From sequence record SRR31156797_3966: a DNA stretch of 20,000 nucleotides, one strand, 5' to 3'. Shown here piece after piece: positions 16,981-20,000 of the stretch. Each line of letters starts with the position of its first letter. The first letter of the stretch is position 1. Both the position numbers and the translations under genes were made by a program. The notes under the pieces were generated by a model. That model saw only the letters and a list, made by a program, of their open reading frames with translations. It was not told the DNA's origin and made no database searches.

Positions 16981-18912
16981 TTAGAAGTTTACATCTAACC
17001 CAAGCCAGTATCGACGGCCATCTTCAACATAGCCATATTCTTCATAACTTACGTCTGCATCAAGCAGGTTGTAGATAGCGGCTTTCAAACGTGCGTTATC
17101 AGTGAGCTGATAGGTCATGCCTGCATCAACAAAAGTATACGAAGGGGCAGTATCGGTATCTCTGAAGCTTGAAGGATCAGATTCTTCACCACGGTAGGTG
17201 ACTTTTGCCCAACTGTTTAAATCTTCAGTTGTTTGCCAGTCCAATTGAGTTGAAAACAGGTGTTTTGGAAGTTGCGTCAGCGGCTCTCCAGCCATATCGC
17301 CAGTAAGCTGCTTTGAATAGGTATAGGTGTAGCTTGCTGCCCACTGCCAACGATCGCCAATTGGTGTGTCTAAAGACGCTTCCACACCGCGAGTTACCGC
17401 TTCATCAACGTTAACATATTGACGTGCTGGGCGTCCCTGTACGCTATCATCGTTGTCACACGCAGAAACTGTACATTCAATACTTGTGATTTTATCTTTG
17501 AAGTCATTATTAAATAATCCCAAAGCCGCCTGAAGACCAAAATCTGCATTGTATATCAGGTTGATTTCTTCGCTAACCATAGTTTCAGGTGTCAAATCAG
17601 GATTGCCGTATAGGTTACCGCTGCGGCTAACTTGAGCCCAATTTTCCTTTGTTTGACGTAGCTGAGGTGCTTTAAAGCCTGTAGACACACCACCTTTTAA
17701 AGTCCAAGCTGGATTAATACTCCAAACACCATACAAGCGAGGGCTGAAGTGAGAACCAAAGTCTTCGTTGACATCCAAACGACCGCCAGCAGTGATTGAC
17801 AGGCTGTCGAGAGCTCGCCATTCATCTTCCACGAAGATCGCACCCTGACTATTGCTGAGCTCTGTGATGTCACTGGCTCTGTTACTCGTGATATCTTCCA
17901 GTTTTGAATATTCACCCTGAACACCAATACTCATGGTGTTGACGTCAAATGGCACGACTAACGTTGATTTAGCGGTCATATTTTCCAGTGACATTTCTCG
18001 GGTTTCATTATTGTTACGTTCGTATTGCACATAACTATCAGACTGGCCAATGTCAAAGCGGCCTGAGTGGCTAACAGCGAATGAAGTACGGTCGTATTGG
18101 TTGAGTTCGTCATCCTCGCCACTTGCTACCGTTAAGCCTTCTGCACCACTGCGTTCCTGTTTGGTCGTTTCTGCTGTGACAGAAATTTCCTGCTGTTGGC
18201 TGAGCTGATAAGTGAGCTTTGAGCCAATAGAGCGTAGTACTTTGCTTTGATAGCCGTTTTCGATGTTGTCTTCATCACGTTGAACATTTTGACCATAAAC
18301 TTGGAGTGAAAGTGAGTCGGTCAGTGGTCCGGTTACGAAGAAGCTGGCGTTTTGCTCATCTCCAGAATCACGGTTTTCTTGCATTAAAGTGCTTATCTGA
18401 ACGTTGCCGCTCCACTCTAAGTTGGATTTTTTGGTGATGATATTGATAACACCGCCCATTGCATCAGAACCATACAGGGTCGACATAGGTCCACGAATGA
18501 TTTCAATACGCTCAATGGCTTCTAAAGGCGGTAGCCAAGCAGCCTCGATTCCGGGTCCGTCACTGTTTGGGCGTGTTTGGCGAGAAGACATGCGACGGCC
18601 ATCGACCAACATCAAAGTGTACTGAGAGCCTAAGCCTCGAATGCTGATGTCTTTACTATCGCCGCCACCAGTAACAACGACACCAGGTACGCTAGTCAAG
18701 GCATCGGTAACATCGCGGTAGTACTTTGATGAAAGTTCTTCTTGAGTGATTAGGGTTATGCTTGCAGGTGCATCGGTTTGAACTTGTTCATAACCTGCGG
18801 CGGTGACAACCATCGTTTCTGTTACTTGATCGGATGTTTCAGCATAAGCGAATGGAGCGAAGACGAGCGCAGTACCACTAAAAAAAATTGCCTGACGTTT
18901 AAATGTAGACAT
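16981..18912 (-). CDS. irgA: TonB-dependent catecholate siderophore (enterobactin-type) receptor IrgA/CirA family
   Basis: 643 aa. Signal peptide, TonB box ETMVVTA, plug RQTRPNSDGPGIE..WLPPL.AIERIEIIRGPMSTLYGSDAMGGVINIITKK, C-terminal YGYVEDGRRYWLGLDVNF. Divergent from a LysR gene, with a Fur box. Confidence 0.88.
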   Translation of the reverse strand: MSTFKRQAIFFSGTALVFAPFAYAETSDQVTETMVVTAAGYEQVQTDAPASITLITQEELSSKYYRDVTDALTSVPGVVVTGGGDSKDISIRGLGSQYTLMLVDGRRMSSRQTRPNSDGPGIEAAWLPPLEAIERIEIIRGPMSTLYGSDAMGGVINIITKKSNLEWSGNVQISTLMQENRDSGDEQNASFFVTGPLTDSLSLQVYGQNVQRDEDNIENGYQSKVLRSIGSKLTYQLSQQQEISVTAETTKQERSGAEGLTVASGEDDELNQYDRTSFAVSHSGRFDIGQSDSYVQYERNNNETREMSLENMTAKSTLVVPFDVNTMSIGVQGEYSKLEDITSNRASDITELSNSQGAIFVEDEWRALDSLSITAGGRLDVNEDFGSHFSPRLYGVWSINPAWTLKGGVSTGFKAPQLRQTKENWAQVSRSGNLYGNPDLTPETMVSEEINLIYNADFGLQAALGLFNNDFKDKITSIECTVSACDNDDSVQGRPARQYVNVDEAVTRGVEASLDTPIGDRWQWAASYTYTYSKQLTGDMAGEPLTQLPKHLFSTQLDWQTTEDLNSWAKVTYRGEESDPSSFRDTDTAPSYTFVDAGMTYQLTDNARLKAAIYNLLDADVSYEEYGYVEDGRRYWLGLDVNF

Positions 18913-18927
18913 CGTTTACCTCTGTTG

Positions 18928-18947
18928 TGATAATAGTTATCATTTGT
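18928..18947. promoter_or_regulatory. Fur box in the irgA-irgB intergenic region
   Basis: TGATAAT-A-GTTATCA (18928-18942), 13/14 match to the 7-1-7 Fur repeat TGATAAT-N-ATTATCA. Confidence 0.85.
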
Positions 18948-18989
18948 GGTTGGTAATTATTCATATTCGCGTTTTTATAGATAGAGAGA

Positions 18990-19020
18990 TTTGTGGAACA
19001 GATTGTCCCGAATATGGAAC
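18990..19020. promoter_or_regulatory. Candidate IrgB (LysR) binding region
   Basis: T-N11-A dyad TCC-CGAATAT-GGA (19006-19018). GGAAC occurs at 18995 and 19016, 21 bp apart, as expected for LTTR recognition and activation subsites. Confidence 0.4.
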
Positions 19021-19042
19021 TCGATGTTGATGAGGTATAAAA

Positions 19043-19939
19043 ATGCATGATCTGACGTCAATGAGAGCTTTTGACGCCCTGCAAGAACATAAGAGTTTGA
19101 CTGCTGCTGCTAAGGCGTTAAACCAGCCTAAGTCAACGATTAGTCGTCGATTAGCTCAATTAGAGGCGGATATTGGCCAGGCGTTAACAGTTAGGGAAGG
19201 GAACCGTTTAACGCTGACTAAAGCTGGGCAGGTTTTCGCCCATTACAGTAAGCAAATGCTTGAGCTGGCGGATGAGAGTTATGATGCGATTCAGGGGCTA
19301 AACAATAAAGTATCCGGTGAGCTGGTGATTGTATGCCACCCAGCGTTGATGCGCGGTTGGTTAAGTAGCTTATTGAATGATTTTCTGAGTGATAACCCTA
19401 AGATTCGCGTGCGCTTAAGCAGTGAATACGCATCCAGTGAAAAACAGCCCGATCTAATTTTCTGGGTAGGAGAGCATCCTGAGATGGATTGGCGTAAACA
19501 AACGTTAGGCCACTGGAGGTATGGCGTTTATGCCGCACCAGATTATTTAAAGGAGATTGGTCCCATAGATAATCCTGCAGATTGCGCTGATCATCCGTGG
19601 ATCGATTATGGTTCAGCTAGAAAGTCGGGGCTAATGCTCAAACACCCGGAACTGGGCGTACATTTTTTGAACCCAATAGACAGCCGCCTCGAGTGTGACA
19701 ACTTAGCATTGCAAATTGATGCGATTGCGAATAGCCATGGAATTGGGCTGTTGCCTGAATCGGTGGCTTCAGGATATTTAAAACACCACCCCGGCCGAAT
19801 TGTTGATTGTTTCCCTCAATGGAGAACAGATAAAACGGAAATCAATTACTATGTTCAACGTGGGTTGGTTCCAAGACGGTTAATGGCACTTTTGGAACTT
19901 GTTGAAGATAATGTTCCTCAGTCTTGGCTAAAGCGTTAA
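19043..19939 (+). CDS. irgB: LysR-type transcriptional activator IrgB
   Basis: 298 aa. HTH KSLTAAAKALNQPKSTISRRLAQLE...REGNRLTLTKAG, GAGG SD, divergent from irgA. Confidence 0.85.
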   Translation: MHDLTSMRAFDALQEHKSLTAAAKALNQPKSTISRRLAQLEADIGQALTVREGNRLTLTKAGQVFAHYSKQMLELADESYDAIQGLNNKVSGELVIVCHPALMRGWLSSLLNDFLSDNPKIRVRLSSEYASSEKQPDLIFWVGEHPEMDWRKQTLGHWRYGVYAAPDYLKEIGPIDNPADCADHPWIDYGSARKSGLMLKHPELGVHFLNPIDSRLECDNLALQIDAIANSHGIGLLPESVASGYLKHHPGRIVDCFPQWRTDKTEINYYVQRGLVPRRLMALLELVEDNVPQSWLKR

Positions 19940-19959
19940 AGCGTTAAAGCGTTAAAGCG
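19929..19959 (+). repeat. 8-bp tandem repeat (TAAAGCGT)x3 + TAAAGCG
   Basis: Read directly: taaagcgt taaagcgt taaagcgt taaagcg(a). Includes the irgB stop at 19937-19939. Confidence 0.95.
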
Positions 19960-19968
19960 ATTAGAATG

Positions 19969-20000
19969 AAAAAAATCCCCGCTCATGGGCGGGGATTTCT
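19969..20000. terminator. Terminator downstream of irgB, likely bidirectional
   Basis: AAATCCCCGC-TCATGG-GCGGGGATTT with a 7-A tract on the left, suggesting a convergent gene beyond the window. Confidence 0.8.

Noticed and set aside
607..18625. Many 60-140 aa alternative or antisense ORFs (e.g. 607-867, 3026-3385, 5937-6296, 10405-10827, 14411-14722, 16462-16662, 18404-18625)
   Set aside because: They overlap well-supported genes, show no recognisable motifs, and are expected shadow ORFs.
19929..19959. Tandem repeat as a CRISPR remnant or phase-variation switch
   Set aside because: No spacers, unit only 8 bp, and copy-number change cannot frameshift the body of IrgB.

Overview
A gene-dense window with no mobile element, CRISPR array, rRNA or tRNA. 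Gene content and style point to a Vibrio/Vibrionaceae genome, probably chromosome II (inference from recalled synteny). Left part (1-5286): the edge of a uronate/pectin-type KdgR regulon, with the 3' end of a YeeO-like MATE transporter, a PaeX-like acetylesterase lacking a signal peptide, kdgF and ygjV. Divergent from these is an uncharacterised pair, a cNMP/CBS/DUF294 nucleotidyltransferase and a DEDDh exonuclease, with a good KdgR-like box just behind its predicted promoter. Middle: a stand-alone napGH with FNR and NarP-like boxes, dcuC, a delta-9-type fatty acid desaturase with tandem FabR boxes, a GNAT, an MCP, a YqaB-like HAD phosphatase, an FKBP PPIase, a DsbA-like lipoprotein, an OmpA-domain lipoprotein and an Aer-like PAS chemoreceptor. 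Right part: the Fur-controlled irgA/irgB pair and an 8-bp tandem repeat over the irgB stop codon. Best candidates for something undescribed: the apparently KdgR-controlled DUF294/exonuclease 'writer/eraser' module and a possible 3'UTR-derived sRNA behind kdgF. All family calls come from motif recognition and memory; no searches were run.
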